64,000 bases of DNA from Octopus sinensis (Eukaryota), in NCBI RefSeq assembly GCF_006345805.1, contig NC_043001.1, positions 121,086,001 through 121,150,000 of the forward strand, read 5' to 3'. Of this stretch, positions 41,850-56,237 are shown piece after piece. The translations under genes and the position numbers were made by a program. The notes under the pieces were generated by a model. The model saw nothing but the letters and a program-made list of their open reading frames with translations. It did no database searches and had not been told where the DNA came from. Positions within the stretch are counted from its first letter, which is position 1, and each line of letters starts with the position of its first letter.

Positions 41850-43616
41850 AATAAAGTGCACCTCTGTGATCTAGAGGCTAACTGCATGTGTCCCTCACCA
41901 GCATCCAGGTGGAGAAATCCCCACTGCAGCCTTGATGATGTTGATAAAGTTTAAATCTAAGGTAAAGTTGTCTTCTGGCTAATAATATGCATGTCATTCT
42001 GCAAGAGCACATCCTTTGGTACACCATGTTGGAATTAAAATGCAACTGGATGCTGTACATTGATTGCATTGTTCTGATTGGATATTGGTTTAGGTAACAA
42101 GCATCTGATATGTTATTGGTGTGTGAGAGGTAGTGTCTTAGTGTGTGGCCCTGCCTTATGAATCTGACGGAGACACCAGGTCTCTTGATGCAGTTTTTTA
42201 GCTTGTTCTCTACCATCTCTCTGTAGTATGGTAGATTAACATAGACCCAGTGTTTACTCTTCTGTTTCTTTCTTCCTCTGCTATTGATGTTGTTGTTATC
42301 CAGGCTGTCATTGTTGATGCTGTTGCTGTTTTTGCTGTAATTGTTGCTGTAGTAGAATGACAACACTACTCTAGGCACAGATGCTCAACAACAAAGACCA
42401 TCTCAGAGATATTAAACTTTACCCATATGAAGAAGAGTTCAGCAAATCACCAACCACAGAGGACTACTTCAAAAACAAAAGTTGAAAGACTATGTCAGGA
42501 CCTCCTGAGAACCATGATGTCTGCTAACAGACAATGACTGACCTCTAACCTTACACCTAAGATAACCACATTTGACTCTTTAAAAAATTAAAAATTAAAA
42601 AATTATATATACCTTGCCATTGAACAAAGGGGAAGAATTCTGTGCAATTGACAGGGACACCTAAGATGAAGCAGTTAGGTCCCGTCACTCCCAGGATAAT
42701 ATCTACACCTCATGTGAATAAGAGATTGCAAAAAGAGTGGAGAACCAATGGAACAACATATCCGAAGCATACCACCAGCTGATGCCATACGAACCATAGA
42801 GGAACAGCTAGAAAGCAGCCAGAAATTGGCAGCAGACTTTCCACCAACAAATCTCATAACCATCCTTGAATTCTGCTCTGCCAACATCTACTTCCAGAAC
42901 AAAAACCCCACATACCAACAAGGCAGCAGCCTCCCAATGATATCCAGACTAAGAGGGATCTTGACTACTCTTATCTTGGATGACCTGGAATGCAAGGCTT
43001 TCCATGCAGGATGGCACATCTCATTATATCGAAGATACGTCAATGATGTCTTTGCCCTAGCTTATTCCAGAAACAAGCAACCAGGATCCATCATATCTTC
43101 AACAGCTTCCGCTACAGCATCCAATTCAACATGGAACACCCGACCAGATATGGTTCACTAATTCTCTTGGATTTCAACATTGCATTACCTTGGGGCATGC
43201 AACAATATGAATCTTTGAGAAAAAGACAAAGAAAAACATCTTCCTCCATTTGTATTCAGCATATCCAAAGGCATTGAAGTACAACATAGCCTTTAACGAA
43301 CTCAGCTACCACCTAAGCAGGTGTGATGAAGCCAAAACAGAAAGCTCAATATGGATGCATTTCACTATGATACTATATCTAAGTGGATATGAGCCACATT
43401 TTAGAGAGAAAGCATGTGACACACTAAGCATGCAAGCATGAGGGCACCACGAAAAGATTGTCTGTAAGACCAAATGGAATAGCAAAACCAACAACAGCCA
43501 ATATCACAGACTCACTTAAAACATGGCACTGTACAAACACATAGTAGCAACAACTACAGTGACCACAACTACTACTACTACTACTGCTGCTACTACTACT
43601 ACTACTACTACTGCTG

Positions 43617-43653
<37 letters not shown>

Positions 43654-43760
43654 CACATCAAGAACAACGGTCACAGAAACAACATCAGCAGCAACAACAA
43701 CTTCAATAGCAACAGAAGAGTAAACACTGGGTCTACGTTATTCTGCCATACTAAAGAGAA
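41850..43760. mobile_element. decayed Penelope-like element: RT remnant on +, inverted GIY-YIG portion on -
   Basis: + ORF 42748..43161 ILEFC..NIYFQ..TYQQ..LPM.S.L..IL..L...LYRRYVNDVF resembles PLE RT. - ORF 41878..42378 VNLPYY...MVYQ..CSC resembles the linker and GIY-YIG. 43710-43757 is the reverse complement of ~42211-42260. Confidence 0.72.
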
Positions 43761-44739
43761 ATTGTAGCATCAAGAGATTTCATCTCTGGTCTCTGTTGAG
43801 TACCTTTTCTTTCTTTTGTTCACTCACTTGTGTGTGTGTGGTGTGTGTGTGTGTGTGTGTGTGCATGCATGTATGTATGTACTTGTATGTAGGTGTACAT
43901 GCATACATGTATGTATGCTTGCATGCATGTGTGCAAATGCATCACAACTTTTTTTCTGTCTTCATTGCTGTGTGATTTGGGGATTCAGCCCTACTGCATG
44001 GCATGTTGAGCTAGAGTCTTCAATGATAGCCATGAGTCAACTAAAGTCTTAGTAGACAGAAGCTAACAGAAACTTGTCATATATACATGTCATCGGCCGC
44101 CTCAACTCATATCCAAGTAGATCTGTAGACGGTGATTGAGCTTTGTCATCTTGATGGGTGTGATGTATACCATTGCCTTAGGTGGCTGCACAGGCTAAGA
44201 GCAATATAAAAGAGCTGGGGGCATTTATAATATATACATGTATATACACATATATACATACATAGAGTCAACAGATGAAATCCAGAGATGTTCAATATAG
44301 AAAACACTTAGTAGCACTCAAATGATTTGAACTTTCTCGAGGACTATATGTGTGTGCGTGTGTCTGAGTAAGTATACATGTATGCCTGTGCATGTGTGAA
44401 CCATTTTGACATCACATGATAACTGCAAACAAGTATCACCATCATACAAGTGATGTTACTTGTTTTGACTTTCCCATGCAAAAAAAAGCCAGCCATTGGA
44501 AAATATAATTTTGCTTGTAAACAGGTAAGTGTTTGGCGACAAAAGGGCATCAGGCCATTAAAAAACTGCCTCAACAAATTCCATCTGACCCTTGCAAGAA
44601 TGAAAGAGTGAACATATAACCATGAAGATGGTGATACACACACACACACACACGTGTGCCAATATGAATTTTTGGCACTTGTACCGGTGGCACATGAAAA
44701 ACATTCGAGCACGTGAAAAATATTCGAACGAGGTCGTTG

Positions 44740-45013
44740 CCAGTGCTGCTGGACTGGCTCCTGTGCAGGTGGCATGTAAGAAATACCACTTGGAGCATTG
44801 CCGTTGCCAGTACGGCTTGACTGGCCCCCGTGCCAGTAGCACATAAAAGCACCCACTACACTCTCTGAGTGGTTGGCGTTAGGAAGGGCATCCAGCTGTA
44901 GAAACTCTGCCAGATCAGATTGGAGCCTGGTGCAGCCATCTGGTTTGCAAGACCTCAGTCAAATTGTCCAACCCATGCTAGCATGGAAAGCGGACGTTAA
45001 ACGATGATGATGA
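44740..45013 (+). repeat. representative copy of the abundant RTE-tail repeat ending (GAT)n
   Basis: gagtggttggcgttaggaagggcatccagctgtagaaa...gcatggaaagcggacgttaaacgatgatgat. Other copies near 18490, 18990, 21452, 32187, 40055 (-), 48190 and 49384. Confidence 0.8.
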
Positions 45014-46234
45014 TATGTATTATATAAATGTGTTTAGGTATGGTTGCGTGTAAGAAACTTGCTTCCTAACCACATGGTTCTGTGTTCAGTAACTTCTACT
45101 ATAGCCTCAGGCCGACCAAACCTCATGAGTGGATTTGGTAGATAGAAACTGAAAGAAGTCCATCATATATACATACACATATATATGTGAGTGTGTCTTT
45201 GTCTCTATGTTTGTCACCTAACCATTGCTTGATAACCAATGTTAGTGTGTTTACGTCCCCATAACTTAGCTGTTTGGTAAAAGAGCCCAATAAAATAAGT
45301 ACTAGGTTTACAAAGAATAAGTCCTCAGGTTGATTTCTTCAACTAAAAATCCCTTTAGGGCGGTACTCCAGCATGGCTGCTGTCAAATGACTAGGACAAG
45401 TAAAAGGATAAAAGAATATATATATATACACACACACAATTTAATGTAAATAAGGAAAGCTATATACTGAGCATATATGTTAATGCAAACATGTATGCAT
45501 AATTTCTTCCATTCTGGAATTAATACTACATGAAGAAGGTTACGAAACAGCCGTAACCCTATGGAAAACAAGTGGCTAAATAAATATATATTCACCTCTC
45601 ATAGCTTTTGACTTAATGATTTAATGGTTTAATATATACATGTGTGTAGGAGAAAGGGAGAGAGAGTATATGGTCTAGTGGTTAGGGTGTTGCACTCACA
45701 TTCGCAAGATTGGGGTTTTAATCCTGGACTGGGTGGTGCATTGTACTCTTGAGAAAAACACTTCATCTCATGTTGCTCTGTGATCATTCGACACCTGACA
45801 CATGGTACACCATGCACCTGTTCAAACAATGTCGATTTGATGGAGGGAGTAAGCTAATCTACAACGCATACATTTGATCACGATAAACAAATCATTTGTG
45901 CAGGTTATTCGGCAAGAAATTGTAGAACTATTTTTCTCAAATTACTATAGACTACCATCCGTATCTATTATATAAACGAGAGTGTATGTGGTTATGTATG
46001 TGTGTTTAGCTCTGAAAGGATCTGAAACAGTGCATCCTCAAGAAAAAACGAATTTAATTTATGAAATCTGCATCCCAGAGAAGGTTGTCTGAAATAATAA
46101 TGAAAAATATAGTTTTCTACGAGAAATAACTCAACATTTAGATTGATAAATCTCTTACTCTCTATCTGTCACCATCAGGCTCTCTCTCTTTTACACCTTT
46201 CCCTCTCTATGTATATTTACCACAATCTTTATCA

Positions 46235-46274
<40 letters not shown>

Positions 46275-49200
46275 ATGTATCATCTTTCACTTTATTTAAA
46301 ATTTCATCTTTCTAAGGCTTACTTTCATTTTATAATCCACAGCTATCATGCCCAAAATTCTGTTTTCTGATTGGGTAGAAATTATCAAACTTTAAACTTC
46401 TTGAACATTTTCAGAAATTTGATTCAGCATGAAAAAGTACATCAATATACCAAATTTGAAAATTTTCACTTAATTCTTAAATTTCAAAATGTGTTACAGC
46501 AACTGAAAAGATCTCTCTCTCTCTCTCTCTTTTCACTTTTCTCAATGTAAACTTTCTTCCTTTGTGTATTTACTACACTCTCTCTCACTCTCTGCAAATG
46601 AATATTGCAGTGTGTGTGTGTGTGTGTATGCATGGGTATAAGGAATTTTATTTGTGCAACAGTGATTCAAAAAAGGTATGTAAAAATTATTCATTTTAAT
46701 AGCATACTTCTTTGTTAGTAAATATGTTTTTTCTTACACACACACACACATGCGCATTGTCATGCTTGATATGGGGTGGAAATTAAAAATTTAAACTACA
46801 AAATCTTTTATTGGTGTTGCTTAAATCCAAGCAATGGATCACTGCATCAACATTCCATAAAATGAGTTTATAGAGAGAAAAATATTGGAAAACATCAATA
46901 CACGCCAGAATAACAAAGAAATGGGGAAGGTACCAGGTGATCGTGGGATGTGCTAGAAACACCAGCTAAATCTTCCTTAAATCATACACATTTATTTCTA
47001 AAAATTATTTTGAAATTATAAACAGAACCAAATTTCAGATTCAGACTGTCCAAAATTTAAAACTATGATTAAAAAAGCCAAAATTTTATGATTTACGGAG
47101 AGAGCAGGGTTAATGAAAAAAAAATTCTTTTAAATTTTACTATTGCTTTTTAAATTACATTTCATTTTCTGTTTGGAAATAAAGAAAATAGGGATTGTAA
47201 TGGTGATTGCTGATTTCCAAGATATTTTTTTAATCTTCAAGGCTTCTTCCATCATTTTTAAGTGTTTAGGGGAAAAAAAAAAAATGGACAAAATCATGGT
47301 AGAGGTGGGATTCATAAATTTTCAAAAATTTTTTTCATTAGAAGCTTCTCCTTGTTATTTGGTGAAAAAAATTTGAAAAATTCCCATCAAAACAGGGAAA
47401 ATTCAACTTATGTGGGTGTGCTGTTCTGAAAATCTGCAAAGGTATTCTAATGTGAAAATAAAGTAAAATAGGATAAAATACAATAAAAGGAGGAAGAAGA
47501 AATAAAATAAAATAAAGTAAAACAATATAATATACAATGAAATGTAGTTGAGGAGTAGGAAGTTTAATTTTCTGTAATAGGTTGATGGATATGATAAAAA
47601 ATTTCAAAAGTTCATGGATATAAAAGCTTTAAAGGTTCCTCCTCCTCCTCCGCCTCCTCCTCCTCCTCCGCCTCCTCCTCATTTAATGTCCATTTTTCAT
47701 GTTGGCATGGATTGGATGCACCAGGGGCTGCACCAGGTTCCATTGTCTGTTCTGACATAATTTCTACAGCTGGGTGCCCTTCCTGACATGGATATGAAAG
47801 TTAAAGGATGTGTAAAAGGTTTATAGTTATGGAATTAAGTATAAAAGTAGATAGGCAGATAAATAGATAGACTGATAGATCAGTTGATAGCTAGATCTTC
47901 CTCTATCCCCTTTATATCACTTATACTCTCTCTCTCTCTCTCTCATTCCAATGCATCTCCAACACCATCTATTTCTCTCTCTCTCTCTCTCTCTCATGCT
48001 GACTGTCTCTCTATCTACAGGAGTAGTTAAGTATCTCCCCTGTTAAAAGGCACCTATCTCTATCCCTGTGTTATACATTCACTTGGCACAAAGCCACTTC
48101 GCAACCCCATTGGTGTTGGTGTAACATAAAGTACACTAGTGTTGATGTGACACAAAAAGCCTTCAGTACACTCTGTAAAGTAGTTAGCATAGAAACCATG
48201 CTGAAGTAGACAATGTTGCCTGATGCAGCTCTCTAGCTTGCCAGCTCCTGCCAAACTGTCCAACCCATGCCAGCATGGAAGACAGATGATAAATAATGGT
48301 GTTGTTGATGATGATGATGATGGTGATGATATATATTTTTTTGGTTTCAGTCATTAGACTGCAGCCACGCTGGAGCAGCACCTTGAAGGACTTTCAACCA
48401 CATGAATTGACTCCAGTACTTATTTCTTTTTTAAGTATGGTACTTATTTTATTGGTCACTTTTTGCCAAACCGCTAAGTTATGGAGATTTAAACAAACCA
48501 GCACTGGTTGTCAAGCAGTGGTGAGAAACGAACAAACACACGCACACAATTGACTCCTTTCAGTCATGAACGACCATGGGGTTTCACCTAGCAGGTTCCC
48601 CTCTGAGGCACAAATCCAAGCAAGGTTGTTTATGGAAGACCAGCAGTTGCCCATGCATACCAGCCTCCCTTCTCCATGCCATCGGTGTTAACCAAGGGAA
48701 AGGTAAAGGCTGATACAGCTTGGCGTCAGTAACCTTACAAGTCATTTCTACAGCTGAGTGAACTGGAGCAATGTGAAATAAAGTGTCTTGCTCAAGAACA
48801 CAACTCACGGTGCAGTCCAAGAATTGAACTCACTACCTCATGATTGTAAACCCAACACTCTAACCACTGAGTCACAGGCTGTAGAAATGAGTTGCAATGT
48901 CACTGGCACCGAGTTCTATCAGCCTTTGTCTTTCCCTTGGATAACACTGGTATCATGGAGAGGGGAAGGTGGTATGCATAGGCAACTGCTAGTCTTCCAT
49001 GAACAACTTTACCTGAACTTGTGCCTCAGAAGGGAGCTTTTTAGGTGCAATCCCATGAAAATTCCTGACTGAAGGGGGTCTTTTACCCTTTTATATATAT
49101 ATATATATATATATATTATTATATATATATATATATATATAATATAATATATATCAGAAGTATTGGGGGCGATGTACAGATTTAATACATATGAAAGAAA

Positions 49201-49629
49201 AAGGTGTTCAGAATGCTGGATGGTTGTATATAAAAAGAAATATATATTTATTTACAGCACCATCCGACCGTGGCCGTTGCCAGCTTTGTCTGGTCTCCGT
49301 GCCGGTGGCACGTAAAAAGCACTATCCGATCGTGGCCGTTTGCCAGCCTTGTCTGGCACGTAAAAAGCACCCACTACACTTACGGAGTGGTTGGCGTTAG
49401 GAAGGACATCCAGCTGTAGAAACACTGCCAGATTAGACTGGGCCTGGTGTAGCCTTCTGGCTTCCCAGACCCCAGTTGAACCGTCCAACCCATGCTAGCA
49501 TGGAAAGCAGACGTTAAATGATGATGATGATGATATCACATATTATTTCTTCAAATCACATATTTAATTACATATTTAAGCACTTTCAACCACTACTATA
49601 GTTTAATCAGATATATATATATATATGTG

Positions 49630-49673
<44 letters not shown>

Positions 49674-49741
49674 TATATATATATATAATATATATGTTAT
49701 ATATATATTATATATATATATGTTATATATATATTATATAT

Positions 49742-50209
49742 GCTAAAAACTTTTTAAGGCTATTTCTAATACTTAAAGAAAATCTCTCTCATATATAGTG
49801 TTTGCTTAATTCAACTCAAAAAGTTTGGGGGTAAGGACATCGAAAAATCAAATGCTAAGGTTATTCGAGAACGTACGTTTCAAGATTAGTCAAAACAACA
49901 TTTATCTATCATCGGCTCAGAAATTCCTTGGTTTGGATTTGGAAACACTGAAAATAAGAACATGGCCCTTTCGAAGATCTTCGAAAGGGCATGTTCTTAT
50001 TTTCAGTGTTTCCAAATCCAAACCAAGGAATTTCTGAGCCGATGATAGAAATGTTGTTTTGACTAATCTTGAAACGTACGTTCTCGAATAACCTTAGCAT
50101 TTGATTTTTCGATGTCCTTACCCCCAAACTTTTGTGAGTTGAATTAAGCAAACACTATATATGAGAGATTTTCTTTAAGTATTGAGAAAGCCTTAAAAAA
50201 GTTTTTAGC
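49742..50209. repeat. spacerless palindrome, ~235 bp arms
   Basis: Centre gccctttcgaaga|tcttcgaaagggc at 49977/49978. The arms differ by a few indels. Confidence 0.95.
50032..50088 (+). ncRNA. hammerhead-like motif with CCGATGA core
   Basis: ttctgag-CCGATGA-taga...atctt-GAAA-C-gtac-G-TT^ctcgaa. Mirror copy at 49864-49922 (-). Confidence 0.68.
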
Positions 50210-50377
50210 TGCTATTTCTAATGAGTTCAGTATGCGGCAAAGTAATTTATTTTACTAAGCCCTTTTATATAATGTAATAATTTGAATTCGCCTTGAATGG
50301 TCCCTTTGCATACTGAACACTTGGTGAAATTGATTAATAATTAATTAATTTTGCCCTCAATTGTTGAAATTATTATA

Positions 50378-50409
<32 letters not shown>

Positions 50410-50464
50410 GATATATTGTATAGATATATCTATAATATATATATATATATGTATATATATATTA

Positions 50465-50513
<49 letters not shown>

Positions 50514-50514
50514 A

Positions 50515-50548
<34 letters not shown>

Positions 50549-50552
50549 GTAT

Positions 50553-50603
<51 letters not shown>

Positions 50604-50611
50604 TATATATG

Positions 50612-50646
<35 letters not shown>

Positions 50647-50648
50647 GT

Positions 50649-50687
<39 letters not shown>

Positions 50688-50716
50688 GTATATATATATA
50701 TGTATATATATATATG

Positions 50717-50748
<32 letters not shown>

Positions 50749-51107
50749 CTACACCACACCCATTGGGTTTCTTTCAGTTTCTGTCTATAAAAAACCCATT
50801 CATGAGGCTTTAATCAGCCTGAGGCTATAAAAGAAGCTACTTGCCCAAGGTGCCATGCAGTGGGACTGAACCCAGTACCGTGTTGTTTTCTTTTTACCAT
50901 TTCTCTTTTCCACAGCCATACTGGGGTACCACCTTGAGAGTTTTAGTTGAACAAATCAGCCCTATTACTTATCTTATTTTAAAGCCTGGTACATTTTCTA
51001 TCAGTCTCGTCAAAATGAGGGTAAAAAATTGGATATTAATTTAATAACATCAATTTAAACACCAGTGGCCTAGCGTATAAAAGACTGAGATTCAGTAAAT
51101 ATTATTA

Positions 51108-51320
51108 ATACACAACTATGAGAGAAAATCCACTATGTGGACGCTCTTACGCTAGATATAGATCCGCAAAGGGACTCAACCACTTGTTCTCAAGAAATAA
51201 TTCAACACTTGGTGTGATGAGTTATTTCTTGAGAACAATTCTTAGTGGTTGAGTCCCTTTGCGGATCTATATCTAGCGTAAGAGCGTCCATATAGTGGAT
51301 TCTTTCTCATAGTTGTGTGT
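51108..51320. repeat. inverted repeat, ~95-100 bp arms
   Basis: cacaactatgagagaa...gaaataa versus ttatttc...ctcatagttgtg, ending in (TA)n. Confidence 0.9.
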
Positions 51321-51365
51321 ATATATATATATATATAATATATAGATAGATAGATAGATATACAT

Positions 51366-51415
<50 letters not shown>

Positions 51416-51811
51416 ACACACACACACACATGTAATACAAACACACACAATACACACACACCACACACACACACACATTTATGTACGACAGGTTTCTTTC
51501 AGTTTCTATCTACAGAATCCACTCAGAAGGTTTTGGCTAGCCCAGGGCTATAGTAGAAGACACTTGCCCAAGGTGCCACACAGTTACATTGGATCTGTAA
51601 CCATGTGGCCATGAAGCAAACTTCTGATCACACAGCCATGCCTGCACCCATCTGTGAGTGTGTATGTGCGTGTGTGCTTGCGTATATATATATATGTATA
51701 TATATATAAATAAATGTATATGTATATATATATGTATATATATATATGTATGTATACATACACACAAACACACACAAATACATATATATAGTTATATACA
51801 CATATATACAG

Positions 51812-51854
<43 letters not shown>

Positions 51855-52632
51855 TGACTGCTGATAGATAGATAGATAGATAGATAGATATGTACATACA
51901 TACATACATACATACACAACAGGCTTCTTTCAGTTTCTATCTACCAAATCTTCTTAGAAGGGTTTGGTGAACCAGGGTGTTTAGTAGAAGACACTCATCC
52001 AAGATGATGTTCAGTGGGATTGAATCAAAAGCTATGTGGTTGAGAAATAACTTTGTTAACCACACAGCCATGTCTGCTATCATGCATAGAATTTTTGCAT
52101 GTACGCGTACATATTTATGTTTATACATACATGCACACAGACACACGCACAGACACGCACGCATACACACACATGTATACATACCAGTATATCATTACAT
52201 ATGCACCCTCATAGATAATAAGTAAACCCAAAACATATTGACTTCTTTTTTTTTACTGTTTGGAAATGGTGAGTCATAGCTCATCTATTTTATTCTATCA
52301 GTCAAGTCTTGTAATCAGTGAACAGATCTGTACGTGTGTGTGTGCGCGCACATGTGTGTGCATGCATGACCGTGTGTATGTGTATACATATGCATGTGTG
52401 AATATATATATATATACAAAATAAGAAAATGGAGAAATACATCCAAATCAAATATCAACTACCAGATAATACCCAATCACATACTTTATTAAACCACTAC
52501 ATAAGAAACTTTAAGGTCAAACATAATAATATATGACAAAACAGTGTACATAAAGGAGTAATATGATACAATAAGTACAATATGTATAAGAGAATATAAA
52601 TATGAATAAATATAAATATAAATATAAACTAC

Positions 52633-52759
52633 ATCTTACAGCTGTTTCGCCCATGCAGATAAGTATGTCTCATTTTACTTATATTAGCCATGTGTGGTAG
52701 GTCAATATGTAGTTATAAATGAGACATTTACAAAAATATCCTAAGGCCTCTTCGGAGAT
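52633..52759 (-). ncRNA. hammerhead-like motif with CCGAAGA core, 3' of the Neptune-like fragment
   Basis: Minus strand: atct-CCGAAGA-ggcc...atgtctcattt/aaatgagacat...gggc-GAAA-C-agct-G-TA^agat. Confidence 0.7.
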
Positions 52760-54769
52760 AATGAAATACAAACCAAATTACATATATACTCATATAAGTG
52801 TGGGTACATACCCATAATAAATCATATACATATACATGAGTGTATATACTCATACTCCTATACATATACATATTCATATACATAATAATATAAATAATAT
52901 AAATCAATAAACATACATATGTTCCATATTCAATGTTACAGTTTTTCAACTTAATATTGTGATAATTACAATGTAGAAAAACATACACATATTAATACCC
53001 AAATGCAGATATACAGAGTCAAGAGTACATTATATTAATTTATATTAATTTACAAAATGTCATTAATGTTAACATCATTACTATTATCATTACCACTAAT
53101 GCTACCAATATCATTATTCCTATTATTAATAACACTAATACGAGCAAAACAATATATAGATCCCATTATTAGCAATATAATAGCAAAACCAAGGACCACA
53201 ATAGTACTACAGTACCATGCAAAGCATTAAATATCTGCATATACATACAAAATGAGAAATAAAAGCATTCGGTTTACATGATATTAAGTTCCACAGGTGC
53301 ACGGATGTACATATGAGTGCAAATTTATAATTTCAATTGTGACACAAATACAGTATTACGTTCAGAAATAGTTAAGAATCGAACGCTAAAATATGATTGG
53401 CTTGTACATTTAAATTTAAATTACAATTGTCTTCCTTACGGTTGGTTTGTTATGAAACATCCACACACGCACACTTGCAAACGTGCGCCCACACGCACAT
53501 AAACACAGACAAATCACAACATAAGAGATACCAGCCCACACACACACACACATGCTTACATACAAATCTACTCACATATATCCATAAAAATGCATACATG
53601 CAAGCACACAGACATCCATACCCAGTCGAAGTATGTTATTATCATAAGATACATAATTAAAAACACCGTATATTTCGTAAACAAATTATCTTGTCACTGA
53701 AACTTCTATATCGTTACATTTCTACTGTGTTTCTATTCAAACTTTCACCAATAAACCAGCACAGGCATGGGAAAACTATACCAACATTTATACATGCACA
53801 CGCACACACACACACACACACATGCACATCCGCACATATCCATAAACATTTATACACTTGCATGCACTGTGTCTGCAAACATTCACATATACATATATAC
53901 ATATTTAAATATGCATTTGCATACTCATACGTATAAGAAAAACATATACATATATATCCACCCATGAATATACATATACATATGAAAACATACATACACA
54001 TACATATACATATGAACACATTTCGACATATCCACATATCCCCCCTACATGGCCTTGCTATTTGCTTTTGAGCCAAATTAACTAACTAACTAACATATAT
54101 TTACTCAATTACAAAATATATGTCTGCCTATCAAAGGACGTATAAATACATACACAATAAGTTAACAGAAATTACTATTAATTAAGATATAAGTAAATTA
54201 ATTATAAATTAAATTAATTATAAATTAAATTAATTATAAATTAATAAGTGCCAAAAAAATAACTAAATAAATAAGAATGAATGAATAAATAAATAAATAA
54301 ATTTTTAAAAAAGTATAAATAAAAATAAATAAATAAATAGAAATATATATATATATCTATGTATAGATAAATAGATAAATAGAGTAAAATACAAATTAAG
54401 ATGAGTACAAAGATAAACTTAATATGTAAGGCTGCCAAACAAATACATGCAAAAACTTATATGCTCATCCAAAATAAACAATGTATACTAAATATAGACC
54501 CACATTTGTTACATATTGGTATAACAAAAACCCAAACCAGCGCCCTAAGATATGATGTGCATATACACCCTACACCCGTGGAAAACTCCGTGAAGATCAG
54601 AATATCATGTATATATCAAAATACATATATATTTCAGTATATTTTTCAAGCCGGGACAAAAACAATCAATATAGAACATATATATGGAGATACAAAATTA
54701 TAAATTATAAATTATAAAGACCAATAGTACAATCCTATATAGAGGAATGTTAAAAGATTACTGGTAGAG

Positions 54770-55065
54770 AAAATAGGTGCTATTTAAATCTAGAGAAAGT
54801 ATACGCTAATTTGTGAAGGCAAAAAAAAATTCCGCTCGTTAATGTTATTAATAATGGGTAGGCCAGCTTTGATGATGAAGAAAATTTCATTGATACATAA
54901 AGAGCATTTTTTATTTCTACTATTGTATACAGGTACAGAAGTTAGTATTTCCCAATTTAATTTAAAATCTATGTTCTTACTCTTGAGTTCCCAAATATAC
55001 ATACTTAACCCCGTAGAATTCATCCTATTTTTATTTTTAAAAGTATATCTATGATAGTTAAGCCG
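54770..55065 (-). pseudogene. C-terminal GIY-YIG endonuclease fragment of a Penelope-like element (Neptune-like)
   Basis: RLNYHRYTFKNKNRMNSTGLSMYIWELKSKNIDFKLNWEIL...YNSRNKKCSLCINEIFFI resembles the H..ST.LS.YIW.LK...W.IL...CxLC..E pattern of Neptune-type PLE ends. Recalled family pattern, not searched. Confidence 0.75.
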
Positions 55066-55127
55066 TTAGTCGCACCAATGTACACCCTACTGTTATATTA
55101 TGTATTTACAGTGTATTGATAAACTAC

Positions 55128-55163
<36 letters not shown>

Positions 55164-55190
55164 CATACATACATACATACATACATACAT

Positions 55191-55231
<41 letters not shown>

Positions 55232-55302
55232 TAGATAGATAGATAGATAGATAGACAGATATCATTATATCATCATCATTTAATGTCCATTTCCCATGAG
55301 GG

Positions 55303-55334
<32 letters not shown>

Positions 55335-55339
55335 GTAAA

Positions 55340-56237
55340 GAAAAATAAAGAAAAATAAGTTGGCTAGCAGCAAGCTGTTTCACCTCATACCGAAGGAATT
55401 AGAAATGGCAGTCAAAGACCGTTTTTTCCATTTCTATAAGTGGAGGTTCCAAAAACGAAGGCCCTTGCGGCTCACATACACAAAACCGGAGTGGCAAATA
55501 CACGAATTCAGTCACTTACCGTTAATAGCGAACACGGTGTTTCTGGATCACAAACATATAAAAAAAAGGTTGAGTTTGAATTCCTTCATCAGCGCTATAT
55601 TCGTTAGCTTTATCAAATTATTTTGTCGTATTTACATACCGAAATTTACTGGTAAATAATTGTTGGTTACATGAAAATTATTTACCATTTTTATTGTATT
55701 CCTCATTCCATTACGATTACCCAGAAGGCGCGCATGGCAGAATTTTGGAGGGAAAATTTACGTTCCCAGTCGTTACTTGGTTTTAACATCTGCGCACTTC
55801 CCCCCACTATCTGATGTCGCTGGGTCAGAAGTGAGGGCTGGTGGCATTTGATAAAGCTAACGAATATAGCGCTGATGAAGGAATTCAAACTCAACCTTTT
55901 TTTTATATGTTTGTGATCCAGAAACACCGTGTTCGCTATTAACGGTAAGTGACTGAATTCGTGTATTTGCCACTCCGGTTTTGTGTATGTGAGCCGCAAG
56001 GGCCTTCGTTTTTGGAACCTCCACTTATAGAAATGGAAAAAACGGTCTTTGACTGCCATTTCTAATTCCTTCGGTATGAGGCGAAACAGCTTGCTGCTAG
56101 CCAACTTATTTTTCTTTACTATATACTGAACCTTACAAAGGTCTTGACAATTATTTTGTCGTATTTACATACCGAAATTTACCGGTAAATAATTGTTGGT
56201 TACATGAAAAACCACAGGAAAATTATTTACCATTTTT

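Noticed and set aside
55360-56104. Pair of near-identical ORFs MASSKLF... on opposite strands
   Set aside because: Consequence of the inverted repeat. They use a TTG start, show no recognisable domain and overlap the hammerhead unit.
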